Shown piece after piece: positions 1-13,750 of a DNA stretch of 64,000 bases (within the stretch, counting starts at the first letter, position 1; every line of letters begins with the position of its first letter). Location: the NCBI RefSeq assembly GCF_009914755.1, contig NC_060936.1, one strand, 5' to 3'. Below the pieces are notes generated by a model that was not told where the DNA came from, made no database searches, and was given only the letters and a program-made list of their open reading frames with translations. This DNA is from the human T2T-CHM13v2.0 reference genome, Homo sapiens. Position numbers and translations under genes: made by a program.

Positions 1-631
1 GACAGTTCTTTTTACTGTCAATCAAGGAGTGAACAAGCCATGTCAGTGGTACACAGGAGGAAAACAAAATTGTCCACAGACTTCTTGTTTTTCACATTCA
101 TAGTTTATACTTCATCACATTGGTTCGTGAATAGGATTTAATGGTCCTACTACATAGTAAACAGAGACAGTTTTCAATTTGATTAGCAGTTAGTTTTGTA
201 GGTAGCTTTTTCATGATTAAAAAATCTAGTAATTACTTATTGTTTTGTGTTAACAACCGCATACAAGCAATTTTGATAAATATCACCTGTCATGATATTT
301 ATCATTGTTAGATAATACTAACAGAGAAACAATTATTTCTTATCTTTTTTTGCACATATTTAGCCTTATTATTTAACCATATATCATAGAATTTAAAATA
401 TTTCTATAGTAAGAGGTCATTTTTGATTTATATAATACTTCTACTTATCCCTGACCAGGAATGATCAATCATGATACAACTGTCTATTAAAGAATGAAGA
501 ATATATTGCATTTTCCCCTTGTGAAATTCAACAGAAAAATTAGACTATGCTATATTTTATTGCTTGTGGACTCTAAAATTGGAACTTAATGTAGAGTAAG
601 ACCTGCATTTAAAGCTGTGGCAAACCCAATT

Positions 632-1012
632 TAGTGGCGTATTAGAGGTTCTTTATGCTGGTTCAAAAGAGCTGATTGTTAAATGTTCACAAATTTAACA
701 AGCTGGTTGTTAAACCCAGGCATTATCAAAAATTTGAACATATAAACTTACATATAAATATATAGGGACAATGTATACTCAAAACATATTTTCCAATTAT
801 TTTACTATTATTCCTCCTCTTAGGTTATTTATGCATATTATATCTAAATGGTAGGAATTCTATATTTATTGGTGTGCTTCTGGTGTGTAATGTAATGTAA
901 CTGTATATTTCTGGGCATCTTGTCCCACTTTATGTTCAAGTTCGTAGTTTAAAAACAGCCATGGTGGGAATATTTACACCACAGAAATAGAAAAATGCTA
1001 CAAATCAGAGGT
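632..1012 (+). mobile_element. MER63-type hAT-Blackjack DNA transposon fragment
   Basis: Motifs gagctgattgttaaa..., aagctggttgttaaa, gccatggtgggaatatttacaccacagaaat...gctacaaatcag match the recalled MER63 consensus in order. Confidence 0.75.
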
Positions 1013-1024
1013 TTTAGCATACTA

Positions 1025-1191
1025 TTGTCTGGGTTCCTGCTTTTCAATTCCCAGAGCCAGGTCTCATCCATAATTCCTGACATTATTTCATATATATAGC
1101 ATTTTCCATCAATTACTTGAAATAGCATCTCTTTTATTTGTTAACTCTTTGGATTCTTATTCCTTGCAACTAAAAGCGCTTGAATAAAACA
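1025..1191 (+). mobile_element. 3' part of an old ERVL-class LTR (LTR16/LTR33-like)
   Basis: Ends in ttccttgcaactaaaagcgcttgaataaaaca, typical of these LTR ends; heavily diverged. Confidence 0.35.
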
Positions 1192-1887
1192 AATGCAATT
1201 GTAAAAAATGCACATTCTTCAAGTGTTTGCACTTTCCCTAGGTTTCTTTTATAATGAATATTTTTCATGTTTACATTTGTGTGACTTCAGAAAGGTGAAT
1301 ATCCTACGAAATTAGTAAGGCAGGATTATATTTGCTTTGTCCACTCACTGTAAGCTCCTCTGACCCACACATTGGCTTCTTTAACAGCCTAGAGGCTCTC
1401 ATTCATGCAGGTGAGGACAACAAAGCAGACTTTTCAAATTCAGGGCTGAAAAAGTAGCAGATATTCTTTTAGTAGAATGGGTACCAGAGATAACAGTGGT
1501 AAAAAGCTTATTATTGTTCCATTTTTAGATAACCTATCCTAAACCTCAATTGCCATGAAAGTCTCTTATTTTTATCTTCTCTTTTTTTTTTTTCCACACT
1601 TAGGGTTGATTATCCACCTTTTACTGCTTCTCATTAGTAGAACTGGATGTGACTTAAAAATGTCTAACGACCCCTGCTACAGGGAGCATGTAAGAGATGA
1701 GGTCACCTGCGTGACACAGACAAAGCAATTTAAAGGATCAAGGGTTTGTGGATTAAGAGGGAGATAGAAAGAGGAGTTGTTTGGTTAGGGAAAGAAAGGA
1801 AGAACAGTTATTGGGAGGTAGTCAGAAACCGTGCTTCTCAAAGTGACTGGTTCAGTTTGCAATGAGCTAAGTACAAGAATTGAGATT

Positions 1888-3090
1888 ATAGCATCACCAG
1901 TTTTCAGAGAAATGCAAATAAAAATCATAATGAACTATCATCTCACTCCACTTGAAATGGCTTTTATCAAAAAAACAAAAAGTAACAGATGCTGATAAAG
2001 ATGCGGAGAAAGGGAAATGTTCGTACATGGTTTAGTTCATGCAAATGTAAATTAATAGAACCAGTATGGAAAGCAGTGTGGAGTTTCTGCAAAAAACTTA
2101 AAAACAGAACTACCATGTGATTCAGGAATCTCACTATTGGGCATATATCTAAAAGAAAGGAAATTAGTATATCAAAGATGTGTCTGCACTCTCATGTTCA
2201 TCATAATAGCCAAGGTATGGAATCAAGTTAAGTGAACATCAATGGATAAATGGATAAAGAAAATGTGGTGCACATACAGAATGTAATTGTATTTAGACAT
2301 AAAATAATGAAATACTGTCATTTGCAACAACATGGATGAAACTGGAGGAGTGAAATAAGCCAGGCACAGAAAAACAAACATTACGTGTTTTTACTTATAT
2401 ATGGGAGCTACAAATTGATCTCATGAAGTTATAGATTAAAATGAAGGTTAACAGAGGGTGGGAAGGATAGTGAGGGAGTGGAGGGTTAAAAAGATATTAG
2501 CTAATGGGTTCAAAAATACAGTTAGATAGAAGGAATAAGATCCAATATTCAGTAGCACAATAGGGTGACAATAGTTAACGATAAAATTTTGTATATTTCA
2601 AAATAGCTAGAAAAGAAAATTTGGAATGTTCTTTTTTATTATTATTTATTTTATTTTATCTTGAGATGGGTCTCGCTCTGTTGCCAACGTGGAGTGCAGT
2701 GGCACGATCTCGGATTACTGCAACCTCTGCCTCCAGGTTCAAAAGATTCTCCTACCAGCCTCCTGAGTAGCTGGGACTACAGGCACGTGCCACCACATCC
2801 AGCTAATTTTTGTATTTTTTGTAGAAACGGGGTTTCACCATGTTGGCCAGGATGGTCTCGAACTCCTGACCTCATGATCTGCCCACCTCTGCCTCCCAAA
2901 GTGCTGGCATTACAGGCGTGAGCCACTGCACCCAGCCTCGGAATGTTCTTAACACAAGTGATAAATGTTTGAGGTAATTGATATCCCAGTTACTCTGATT
3001 TGATCATTACACATTGTATGCTCATAGCAAAATATAACATGTATATAATAAATATATACAACGATTACATATCCATAAAAATAAAAAATA
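1888..3090 (+). mobile_element. L1MA-type LINE-1 3' end (ORF2 C-terminus plus 3'UTR), interrupted by an Alu
   Basis: cagagaaatgcaaat..., gaactaccatgtgat, tcatttgcaacaacatggatgaaactggag, L1MA 3'UTR cagttagatagaaggaataag, A-rich tail ~3077-3090. Confidence 0.9.
2634..2937 (-). mobile_element. AluS, full length
   Basis: Dimeric Alu; TSD ttggaatgttctt (2621-2633) / tcggaatgttctt (2938-2950). Confidence 0.95.
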
Positions 3091-3519
3091 AGCGGAGCTT
3101 AGTCCTTTAAACACTTCTAGAATGTTTACATAGCAATTTTATATCTATTGACTCTAATAGCAAAATAAAGGGGCTTGAATTTTTCATTCTCCAAAATTGT
3201 ATATTGTCAGTAATTAGGATTAAAAAAAATTTACAAAAGTATTGGTCCGCAATGGACTTGAAATTAAGGAAAAAATATCTTTTACCAGAGATAGTTTAAA
3301 ACACTGCTAAACATAGGTGATTGAAATAATTTTTAAAATAATAAAATTTATATTAATTACCTCACAGATTGTATAAACAAATGCACACCTACACATATAA
3401 ATAGACGCCAGTTTGCAAACCACAACTTCAAAAACTTTTTAAATTGTCAAGGAAAAGCTACATATATTCAATATTTTGATGTTTTCCAAGAGTAAACTGT
3501 ATTTCGATATATATATATA

Positions 3520-3848
<329 letters not shown>

Positions 3849-4153
3849 TGATTTTTTATTGATTGTTAAATGTAGCCTTCCAGATAAGAACATTTGATCC
3901 TCACCCCCAGCCCACCTGTTTCTCCCTCAGCCTCCCCAGCTCTAGTCACCATCCAACCACCTGCTGAATCCAGATCCTCCTTTTCCCCAGCCTCCCATAT
4001 TTACTCCTCTGGGTTTTCTATCCAAAGTGTTTCCTCAATTCTCAACCTGCCTTCATTCCCACCTCCACTACCTTATTACAGAGCATCATCATTTTTCAAC
4101 GGCAGAAGCTGCGATAATCTTGTAAGTGGTCTTCCTCCTTCTACACCTGATTC

Positions 4154-4308
4154 TAGAGTTGTCTTCACGGATATGTGACCTGTGCAGTCATGGAGGGCCT
4201 CATACATAAGGGTCTCACAGTTGGTTTAATATTGTACTGTCAGCATCTTGAAATTCTTAATAGTTTTTGAACAAGAATTTCACCTCTCAAATTCCATAGC
4301 TGGTTCTG
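4154..4308. mobile_element. MER91-type hAT-Tip100 MITE
   Basis: ttcacggatatgtgacctgtgcagtc...ggtttaat...catcttgaaattcttaatagtttttgaacaag. Confidence 0.75.
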
Positions 4309-4576
4309 ACTCTTCCCTTAATATTTCTCTCCACCAAGCAGCCAGAGTAATTTTTAAACTACAAATCAAATTTTGCATTTCCCTACTTAACACCCTCTAT
4401 TCTATGCCCCCTGCCCATAACTTGTAGAAAAAAATCCACGTTCTTAACTTTTGCCTTAGAAACCCTATTTGTGTGGATCCTGCCTAACTGGCCTACTGTC
4501 TTGCCGTTTGTTTGCTCACTCCTGCCACGTTGGCCTTTTTTTAATGCTCTTCCCACAGCTGAACTCCTTCCTAGGT

Positions 4577-4970
4577 GCTGCGGACTGAATTGTGTCCTTC
4601 CAATTTCATATGCTGAAGCCCTAGCCCCCAACATGATAGGGCTTTTAGAAGGTAATTAGGATTGGATGATAGGTCATAAGGATTGGATGGTCATAGGATT
4701 GGATGATAGGTTATGACAGGTCACAAGGATGAGGTCCTGATCCAATAAGATTGGTGACCTTATAAGAAGAGGAAGAGAGAGAGGGAAGGCCATGTGATAC
4801 CCAGCAGGAAGGCAGCCATCTGCAAGCCAGAATGAGAGCTGTCACCAGACCCTGAGCTCGCTAGCACCCTGATCTTACACTTCCACCCTTCAAAACTGTG
4901 AGGAAATAAATTCTGTTGTTTATATCACCCAGTTTATAATATTTTGTTATGGCAGCCCAAGCTAAGACAA
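4577..4970 (+). mobile_element. MLT1A-type MaLR solo LTR
   Basis: ggactgaattgtgtcc...catatgctgaagccct start; gccatctgcaagccag; aaataaattctgttg; ends gcagcccaagctaagaca. Confidence 0.88.
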
Positions 4971-6081
4971 AAGGTCACTGTGCTTTATAATCCTCAGCTT
5001 GGAAAGCCTTTGCTTCAGCTCTCTTCTTAACTGACTTCTTAAAATACTTCAGGTCTTACTTTCAATACCATCTTTTCAGTGAGGCATCCTGTAAACAGCA
5101 CCACTTACTCACTTCCTACTGTATTTCTTTAATTAAGTACACTTATTATTTTATTTGTTTGTTTGTTTTTGGTTTGTCTTCTCAGCCAACCCTTCCCATC
5201 TCTATGCCACTCAATGTAATCTCCTTGAGGACAATGATGTAGTTTGCAGTTTTAGCATCTGTACCTAGAATAGTACATGGAATATGGTAATTACCCAGTA
5301 GTTATTTCTTGAACAAGTGAATGAAAGTATTCAGGCATGTTACATTAGAAGTCCTAGAGATAGAGAATTTGACTCAGTCCAGTGCCCAATGTGTTTGTGA
5401 ATATTTGCCCAATAAAAGTGCCATGAAATAATTCATTTGGCATATTCATTATTCCAAAATGTTAAAAAAAAGAAACTATAAAACAGTATAGATACTAACC
5501 ATTCTCTCTGATCCAGAGATAATGTTTATCAGTATATAATGTATTCAATAAATTGTAATTCTGATGTCATTCATTTATGCAAGATTATCAGAGAAGTTTT
5601 ATTTAGTTTATTATAAACAAAGTTATTGTTTCCTGCCTTTGCCTTTTACTATGTGTGAACATCTGGGAGCAATATAAATCAGAGATAGTACACAAGTGTT
5701 TATAGTTCGCATATTTCTCATAACGAGTAATCTATTGTTACTTTTATGTACACACTTATGCAATGACAAAATGTAACTACAAATACAGTGATGTTCCAAG
5801 AATATGTCATTAATAACATATTCTCTCATGTCATCAGCACATTTTTACTGAGCCAGCCACACCTCAAAAAGGGTGTATGCTAAAATGTGTCCTAATACTC
5901 TATATTCAGAGTATTTTCTGTGAAACACATTAAACAGGTGTATTCCAACTGGTGTATTAAAAACTCAAGCAGACTGTCTAGACAGGCGTATCTGCTCTGA
6001 CTGAATGCCAGCTCATGCTTCTCTTCTCTAGGAGGCTGTAATTAATATTGAGGTCTAGGAGAGGTTGATGAAAAGCTAATA

Positions 6082-6385
6082 TTAAATAATTGCTAACATA
6101 TAGGAGTGTTTATTATGTATTTTATATGCATCCAATCTCATAACAACCCTATGGGATAAGTCCTCTATCTTCATTATATAGAATGCAATGTGCTCGCAGT
6201 TCAAAATACATTATATTATGTAAATCATCACAACTCTATGAAAGAGTTAATGTCATTCTTACTTTATAGATAAGAAAAATGATGTTCAAGCATGGTAAAG
6301 AAGTTTTCCAAATATGCATATCTTATTTGTGGAAAAATAAGAATTGTTATTCAAATCTGTCTGGCTCCAAATCCTGAGTTCTGCT
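6082..6385 (-). mobile_element. MIR fragments (two partial copies)
   Basis: ctcataacaaccctatg and catcacaactctatga cores; tctgtctggctccaaa. Confidence 0.6.
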
Positions 6386-6459
6386 ACGCCCTGATGCCTC
6401 TCAGGAAGGAGTTTAGGAAAAAGTTTAAAATTTCCACTCCAGGGGGTTGTTTCTGTTAG

Positions 6460-6861
<402 letters not shown>

Positions 6862-7064
6862 TAAGTCAAGACATTTTCTTACTGTTACCTCCCTCTTTAT
6901 CATTATTACTAAGACAAATTAGTTCCTCCCTTTCTCAGGCCAAGTAGCCTATCACTGTCCATGTCTCTGTTAACTATGATGCGTATATTTAAGTGTTTCC
7001 ATTATTTCATCTTGCTGGCTGAAAATCTAGTTTTTTTTTGTTTTTTTGTTTGTTTGTTTGTTTT

Positions 7065-7335
7065 TCACTAACTCATTAGGGCTGCTGCAACAAATTATTA
7101 CAGAATGTTTTAAATGAACAGAACTTAATTCTTTTGCAGATTAGGAGGGCAAAATTCTGAAATCATGATTCCAACAGGATTGGTCCCTTCTGGATCCTCT
7201 GCAGGAGACTTTTCCTATTCCAAGCTTCTGGTGGTTGCCGACAATTCTGGCCATTCTTTGGCTGGTAGATACATCATTTAAATATCTGCCTCCATCTTCA
7301 TTCACATGATGTTCTCTTCTCTGTGTCTCTGTGCA
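7065..7335 (-). mobile_element. MLT1C-like LTR fragment
   Basis: agggctgctgcaacaaatta; caagcttctggtggttgcc; tctgcctccatcttca. Confidence 0.75.
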
Positions 7336-8215
7336 TTATTCAGCCTACTACATTGCCTGGCTAGCCTAGCAGCCCTCATGGATCCTCCAAATTTCTCATT
7401 CTTTCTGTCAATGGGGCAAAAATGAGAGGGGCAAATATCTCTTTGATTCAAACTATTGAATCAAATCATCAACATTTTAAAATATTAAGCCAATGGCTTT
7501 TCTTTTGATTCCTCTGTCTTGTACTTCTGGTACAATCTTTCACACTGGGGCCATCTACTAACATCCAAGACACTCATCTTTGTCAAGGGCTTGTACACAT
7601 TATTTTAAATATTCTTCATCCTCATTTTTCTGTCAGTAATTTCCATCTCCTCTATATCTCAGTGACTTTATCTGCAGGCTCTGCTTTATCCCCGAAGTGG
7701 AGAATCTGCCAGGATGTTAAACTCAAAAGTCTCACTTGAATCTTCAATCTGGTTATCTTTCATGTCTCTTTCGTCCTATACTGTGGTTTTTATTCTTAGT
7801 CTGGCCTCTAGTTTCTCATTTTTTCCTCCAGTATATCCAGCCCTTTTATTCATTTAGTTTTTGACATATTTACCTCTTTCCTGCTCTGGGATCTTTCCGG
7901 AAACTTTTGTTTTTCCTATATATAATAGCTTGTTTAAGCACTTAACATAGTAAAGATACCATGGAGGTATAAGAATCAAATCATGAAATAAACAAAAGTT
8001 CAAACTTAATTAAATGTCAACTTCTATCTATGTTGTCCCTCTGTAATCCTTATAATCTTCTGGTTAATCTTTCTAATTCTTCTGAAAAAAAAAAGAAATT
8101 AGTTTTACACAGCTTTTGTATTTCCAAAATAAATTTGTTTCTGAAATTATTTCTTCTTCTAGGAAGTAGGAAACTGCTTTGTAGAAATGAAAACAGAACC
8201 TTAAAAAAACTACTA

Positions 8216-8553
<338 letters not shown>

Positions 8554-8701
8554 TTAAAAGTGTGTGTGTTTTTGTGTGTATATAATCAGGAGATTTATAA
8601 GATAGTGATCAATAATATGCATCAATTCTGAGTTTCTCATGAGTTCAGCCAACATGCTTAATTCTCTCAAGTTCTAATTATGCCTAAAATATGTAGCTGA
8701 G

Positions 8702-9131
8702 TGAGATAGTTTTTATATTTGTCCCACTCAAATCTGATGTTGAACTGTAATCTCCAATGTTGGATGTGGGGCCTGGTGGAAGGTGACTGGATCATGGGGG
8801 TGGATTTCTCATGAATGGTTTATCACCATCTCCTTGGTGCTGTTCTGGTGATAGTGAGTAAGTTCTCATGAGATCTGGTTGTTTAAAAGTATGTGGTACT
8901 TCCCCTCCAAACTCTTTCTGTCTTGCTCCTGCTTCTGTCATGTGAGATGTCTTCTTGCTCTTCGCCTTCTACCATGATTGTAAGCTTCCTGAGGCCTCCT
9001 CGGAAGCAGATGATGCCTAGGTTATGCTTCTTGTACAGTCTGCAGAACAATAAGCTCATTAAACCTCTTTTCTTTATACATTTTTCAGTCTCAAATATTT
9101 CTTTATAGGAATGCAAGAATGGCCTAATACA
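8702..9131 (+). mobile_element. MST (MSTA/B) MaLR LTR
   Basis: caaatctgatgttgaactgtaat; ggatttctcatgaatggttt; ends gaatggcctaataca. Confidence 0.9.
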
Positions 9132-10358
9132 GAAAATTGGTACCAAAGGATGGGACATTGCTATAAACATACCTGCTATACACATACTGTGGAAGTGACT
9201 TTGGAACTGGGTAATATGCAGAGGTTGGAAGAGTTTGGAGGGCTCAAAAAAGACAGGAAGATGAGGGAAAGTTTGAAGCTTCTTAAAGACTGGTTAAATG
9301 GTTGTGACCAAAATGCTGATAGTGATATGGGCAGTAAAGTCTAGGCTGACAAGGTCTCAGATGGAAACAAGAAACTTATTGAGAACTAGAGCAAAGATTA
9401 CATTTGTTATACCTTAGTAAAAAAAAGTGGCTGCATTTTGTTTATGCCCCAGGAATCTGTGGAAAGTTGAACTTGAGAGTGATAATTTAGAGTATCTGGT
9501 AGAAGAAATTACTAAGCATCAAAGCCTTCAAGATGTCACCTGGCTGCTTCTAAGAATCTATGCTCAGATATGGGAGCAAATAAATGATAAAATTGCAATT
9601 TATATTTTTTACAGGAAGCAGAGCATAAAAATTTGGATAATGTGCAGACTGTTTGTGTGACAGAGAAAGTAAAAGCATTTTTTAGAGAGAAATTAAAGCA
9701 GGCTGTGGAGTAACCACTTCCTAGAGACATTTGCATAACTGAAAAAGAGCTATGTACTAACAGCAAAGACAATGAGAAAAGGGCCTTGAAGGCATTTCTG
9801 AAATCTTCCAGGCTGCCTCTCTCGTCACAGGCCCTGAGACCTAGGAGGGAAGAATGGTTTGGCCGGCCAGGCCCAGGGTCCCATTGCCCTGCCAGCCTCT
9901 GGACACTGCTTCCCACATCCCAGCTGCTCCAGCTCCAGTCAGAGCTCAAAGGGGTCCAGTTACAGCTCAAATTGCCACTTTGGAGAATGCAAACCATAAG
10001 CCTTGGTGGCTTCCATATGGTTTTAAGCCTGAGTGAGTTGAGGCTTAGGACCCTCCACTTAAATTTCAGTGAATGTATGGAAGAATCTGAGGGTCCAGGC
10101 AGAAGCCTGCTGCAGGGACAGAGTCCTCACAGAGAACCTTTAGTAGGGCAATGCCAAGGGGAAATGTGGGGTTAGAGCCCCCACACAGAGCCCTCACTGG
10201 AGCATTGTCTAGTGGAGCTGTGAGAAAGGGGCCACCACCCTCCAGATGTGAGAATGGTAGATCCACTGGAAGCTTGCCCTCTGCACTTGGAAAAGCCACA
10301 GGCACTCAACAACCAGTGAAAGCAGGGACTGCACTTTTCAAAGCCATAGGTGCAGATC
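9132..10358 (+). mobile_element. MST internal sequence, 3'-truncated (no second LTR)
   Basis: Follows LTR directly with gaaaattggtacc; gtggaagtgactttggaactgggtaa; ccataagccttggtggcttcca; tctagtggagctgtgaga. Confidence 0.88.
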
Positions 10359-10424
10359 TTTCAGGTATGAACTAGTTTTTTTTTCTTATATATATCATTA
10401 AGTCTGCACAAAAATTCCCACTGT

Positions 10425-10575
10425 GGAATGACTAGTAATCCCCCAATTATACAAATGGGGAAAAACATACAAGGAAGTTAACTGCTCAAGATCACTAAAA
10501 AGTTAAGAGCTGAGATTTGAACCCTGGTTTGCCTGATTGCAAAGCCTGTGAGATCTCTTAATCATGATACTTCAC
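10425..10575 (-). mobile_element. MIR fragment
   Basis: gctcaagatcac...agagctgagatttgaaccctggtttgcctgatt. Confidence 0.65.
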
Positions 10576-11064
10576 TACAAACTATATCTGTATTAATTTT
10601 AATTCATAAGAATGAGTTAAAATAAGCTTCATGTCATTTCTCTATTAGTAAGTCATAACTCAATGTGGAAGTGTGATCTCCTAATAGACTCTGAGAGAAC
10701 CAAACCCATTCTTTCTTAAAGCAGTCTGCATTGAAAAGCATTCTTACACATGGTCCTGTGAAGATCTTTTTGCCACACGTATGTACAAAACAGCAAACTC
10801 ATTCCTTTAGCATTTATCAGACTGTTGTAACAATAAAGATCTGTGGTTATCTTATTCACATGTTTCTTCTTTTTTAAGTTAAATTTAAGCCAGGTGTAGT
10901 ATTTTGAATTGCTGCCCATCACAAAGCCTGACCCTTGGAAGTTTCTGTACCTAGTCCCTTAAGGGGCGCAGGCATAGGCTCTGCCTCTGACTCCAGGTTT
11001 ACAGGAATTTGATCACATACTGCTTCAAATGAAAACAAGCACAGCAGAGCTGCATGATTGGGGT

Positions 11065-11235
11065 GAGATCTACCTTGGTTCAAGTCAGATCTTTTCTGTG
11101 AAAAATCACTGTGATTTTAAGCAAATTTCTTCATCTCTCTAAGATCATCATCTTTCTCATTTATATAAACAAAATCTAATATATACCTTGCAGGGTTTTT
11201 GTGCAATTAACAGTAACAGAGATAATACACCTAGC
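11065..11235 (+). mobile_element. MIR fragment
   Basis: ctgtgattttaagcaaatttcttcatctctct...tttctcattt...accttgcagggtttttgtg. Confidence 0.55.
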
Positions 11236-11796
11236 ATTCTCCTTTGAATATATTATAGAATCATATTTATCTTCCCTACCCCTATTTTAGTGATAACAGA
11301 GAAAAGGGCTTTTTTTCTTTAAAACATTTTCCCCCATACACACTGCAAACCACTGAGGCTTCTGTCTTCTTGTCTCTTAAACCTTAAGTTGGAGCACAAA
11401 ATAAATATCGCTGTTAGGTAGAAATGAATTTGTGGGAAAGAGGCAAAATGATATAAAAATCTGATTGCTAAGAGTGGACTACATAAATTGCACAATTATT
11501 TGTTGTTTGATTAATGCCAGTCATTTATTGCCCCATTAAACTCTAGACCTCCAAGCAAAATCTGGAGAAGAGAAATCAGTTAATTGAGTAGATATTTATT
11601 TTAAAAAAAAGGTTTAGGAGGAAACACAATTAAAGAAGAAAACAATGAGTTGTAAACTCTGTGACAATAGGATTTCCATCATACTCCTTATGAACAAGAC
11701 TTGGCTTGAAAAATGTGTCCGTTTTTTTTTCCCCAATCCTGTCAATCTCAAGATGATTTGCCTTAAAATGTTGTATTTCCCTTTAGCTACAAAAAG

Positions 11797-12131
11797 TTTC
11801 TTTTTATTTTTTTTGAGACAGGTTTTCGCTTGTCACCCTTTCACCCGTGCCAGAGTACAGTGGCACAGTCACATCATCTGACTACAGTCTCGACCTCCTG
11901 GCCTCAGTGCCATCCTCCCATCTCAACACTTCACCTCCCCCACCAGTCCCAAGTAGCTGGCACTACAGGCACACTCCACCACACTCAGCTAATTTTTTAT
12001 TTTATTTTTATTTTTAGATACAGGGTCTCACTATGTTACCCAGACTGGTCTTAAATTCACGAGCTCAAGCAATGCTCCCACCTCGGCCTCCCAAAGTGTT
12101 GGGATTAAGGTGTGAGTCACTGTGACTGGTC
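11797..12131 (-). mobile_element. AluJ, diverged, with small insertions
   Basis: tcgacctcctggcctcag; ctatgttacccagactggtctt; cctcggcctcccaaagtg. Confidence 0.88.
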
Positions 12132-13587
12132 TAAGTTATTCTTTGTAAGATTTTTCTTTCATGAAATTTAAATATGAGAATATATCACACTTTTAAAAGA
12201 TTTTTAATAAAATATTTCTTTTGTAAGAAGTAATTTCATGTATAATTTAACACCCACTTACCTCTCAAAAAAGAATCAAAGGCATTTAGGATCATCATGA
12301 ACCTGCTCATCTTAAAATATGACTAATTAGTTTAACATTATGCTTCAGGTTTTTCTTTAAATGACTCTGGAAAAGACCTTAACTGTGTATTTTCCATCCA
12401 AGTGAACTTTGAAAACAATGTAAATTGCAGTGGGTATAATAAAAGCATTTTGTTGATAATTTGACCTCACTACTGAAAAGAATGAGGAAGTTACTTTTCT
12501 TTTTATTCCTGTCACCAGGACTACAATTATATTTTTAAAAATAATTTCTTTAAAAAGGTACAAAGCTTTTATTGCTTAACATTTTGAAAGATAATTTAAT
12601 TGTGGACTTAGATCTTGAGAAATTGTCAGACGCCAACTACCAAGTTTTTCAGTGAGGAGTGAAACCACGGGTGATATAACCACTTTTCTCCATTTCCAGA
12701 TGGAGGGGTGGGTGTTAGGAGCTTTATTCTAGAGGGACCCTGACTGAGAGTAGGTCCAGGTTCCCAGAATACCTGATCTCTTGTCAAATTGTAGCCTGGT
12801 GATTATCTATTGTTCCCTTCACAGATACTCCTAAAAGAGTCTGTCTGTTGAGAGCAACCTTTCAGATTGAGGGATGTTCCATTGTTTCATAAATTGTAAC
12901 CTTTGACTAGATGGTTATTCTACTTTCAGAGTAACTAGTAGAATTGTACCTTCAAACTCATAGCTCTTTCTTCCCTGGCCACAGGGCCACCTCCCCTTAA
13001 ATAAAGGTAGGGGCAAGTTCAGAGTCCTTCTCAGCCTACTCACAGTGCCTGCTAACTCGCTTGTTGCCGTCTGGGGCCCCAGGGGCTCCGAGTGGCATAG
13101 TGTGGAAGTCACTAAGCATGTTCTTCGGCCTTTTTCTATTTATTTTATTGTATCCTTTTTGAAATTTATTTCAGACCCATCCATGAAAGTCAGTCTCCTT
13201 CTTCAGGGAATGTCCTTTCAAAAGGCAAAGTTGGCCTCTACATAAAAAATAATAAATTCTAATATTAAAGACATTTAATGGAAATATTAGATGATATTTC
13301 CCTTAATGTTTCTTTATCATGATTGGTATGATTAATTCATGGTTTCTATTAATTTTGATTAGATATGTAACACTGGACTTAGTTCTTTATTCTTGCTATA
13401 TGTTTTGAGTGAATAAAAATTCTTAGTGGCATGTAAGATGTCATACTTCATGTGCATATGATCATATAATGTAGAAACATATATGTATAAGCACAGTTAA
13501 CTGTGAGCTCTATAGGGCAATAAGTATTTAAGAAAGCATTCTTTCTTAAATACTGTAGATAGATTTTCTGTGTTGAAATGTTGGAGA

Positions 13588-13750
13588 AAAGTTTTTCACC
13601 TCTCTGTGCTTACTTTCCTCATCTACAAAATAGAGACAACAGTACATACTTAAGAGAATTAATAGGCAGGTACAAATGAAATATCACATGTAACTCAGCA
13701 CTTCACTGGAACAGAGTAAGGGTTCTATAAACGCTTGTTAGTAGTATTAC
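13588..13750 (+). mobile_element. MIR fragment
   Basis: cacctctctgtgcttactttcctcatctacaaaatagaga core. Confidence 0.65.

Larger units (their letters stand above)
1829..3306. mobile_element. hAT-Charlie non-autonomous element split by an L1 insertion (arms ~1829-1887 and ~3091-3306)
   Basis: Left end ccgtgcttctcaaa and right end agtttaaaacactg resemble Charlie TIRs; internal attggtccgcaatggacttgaaatt. Confidence 0.5.
3930..5326 (+). mobile_element. L2 LINE 3' region interrupted by MER91 and MLT1A
   Basis: Collinear L2 motifs (aagtggtcttcct, agcagccagagtaatttttaaa, ttcagtgaggcatcc, aatgtaatctccttgaggaca) ending ...tgaatgaa. Confidence 0.7.

Noticed and set aside
9536-10375. 153-aa, 129-aa and shorter overlapping ORFs
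   Set aside because: All lie within GC-richer, decayed MST internal sequence
10952-10972. CTCF-like motifs (cccttaaggggcgc here; accaggtggcg near 48890)
   Set aside because: Mismatches at core positions; not supportable without ChIP data
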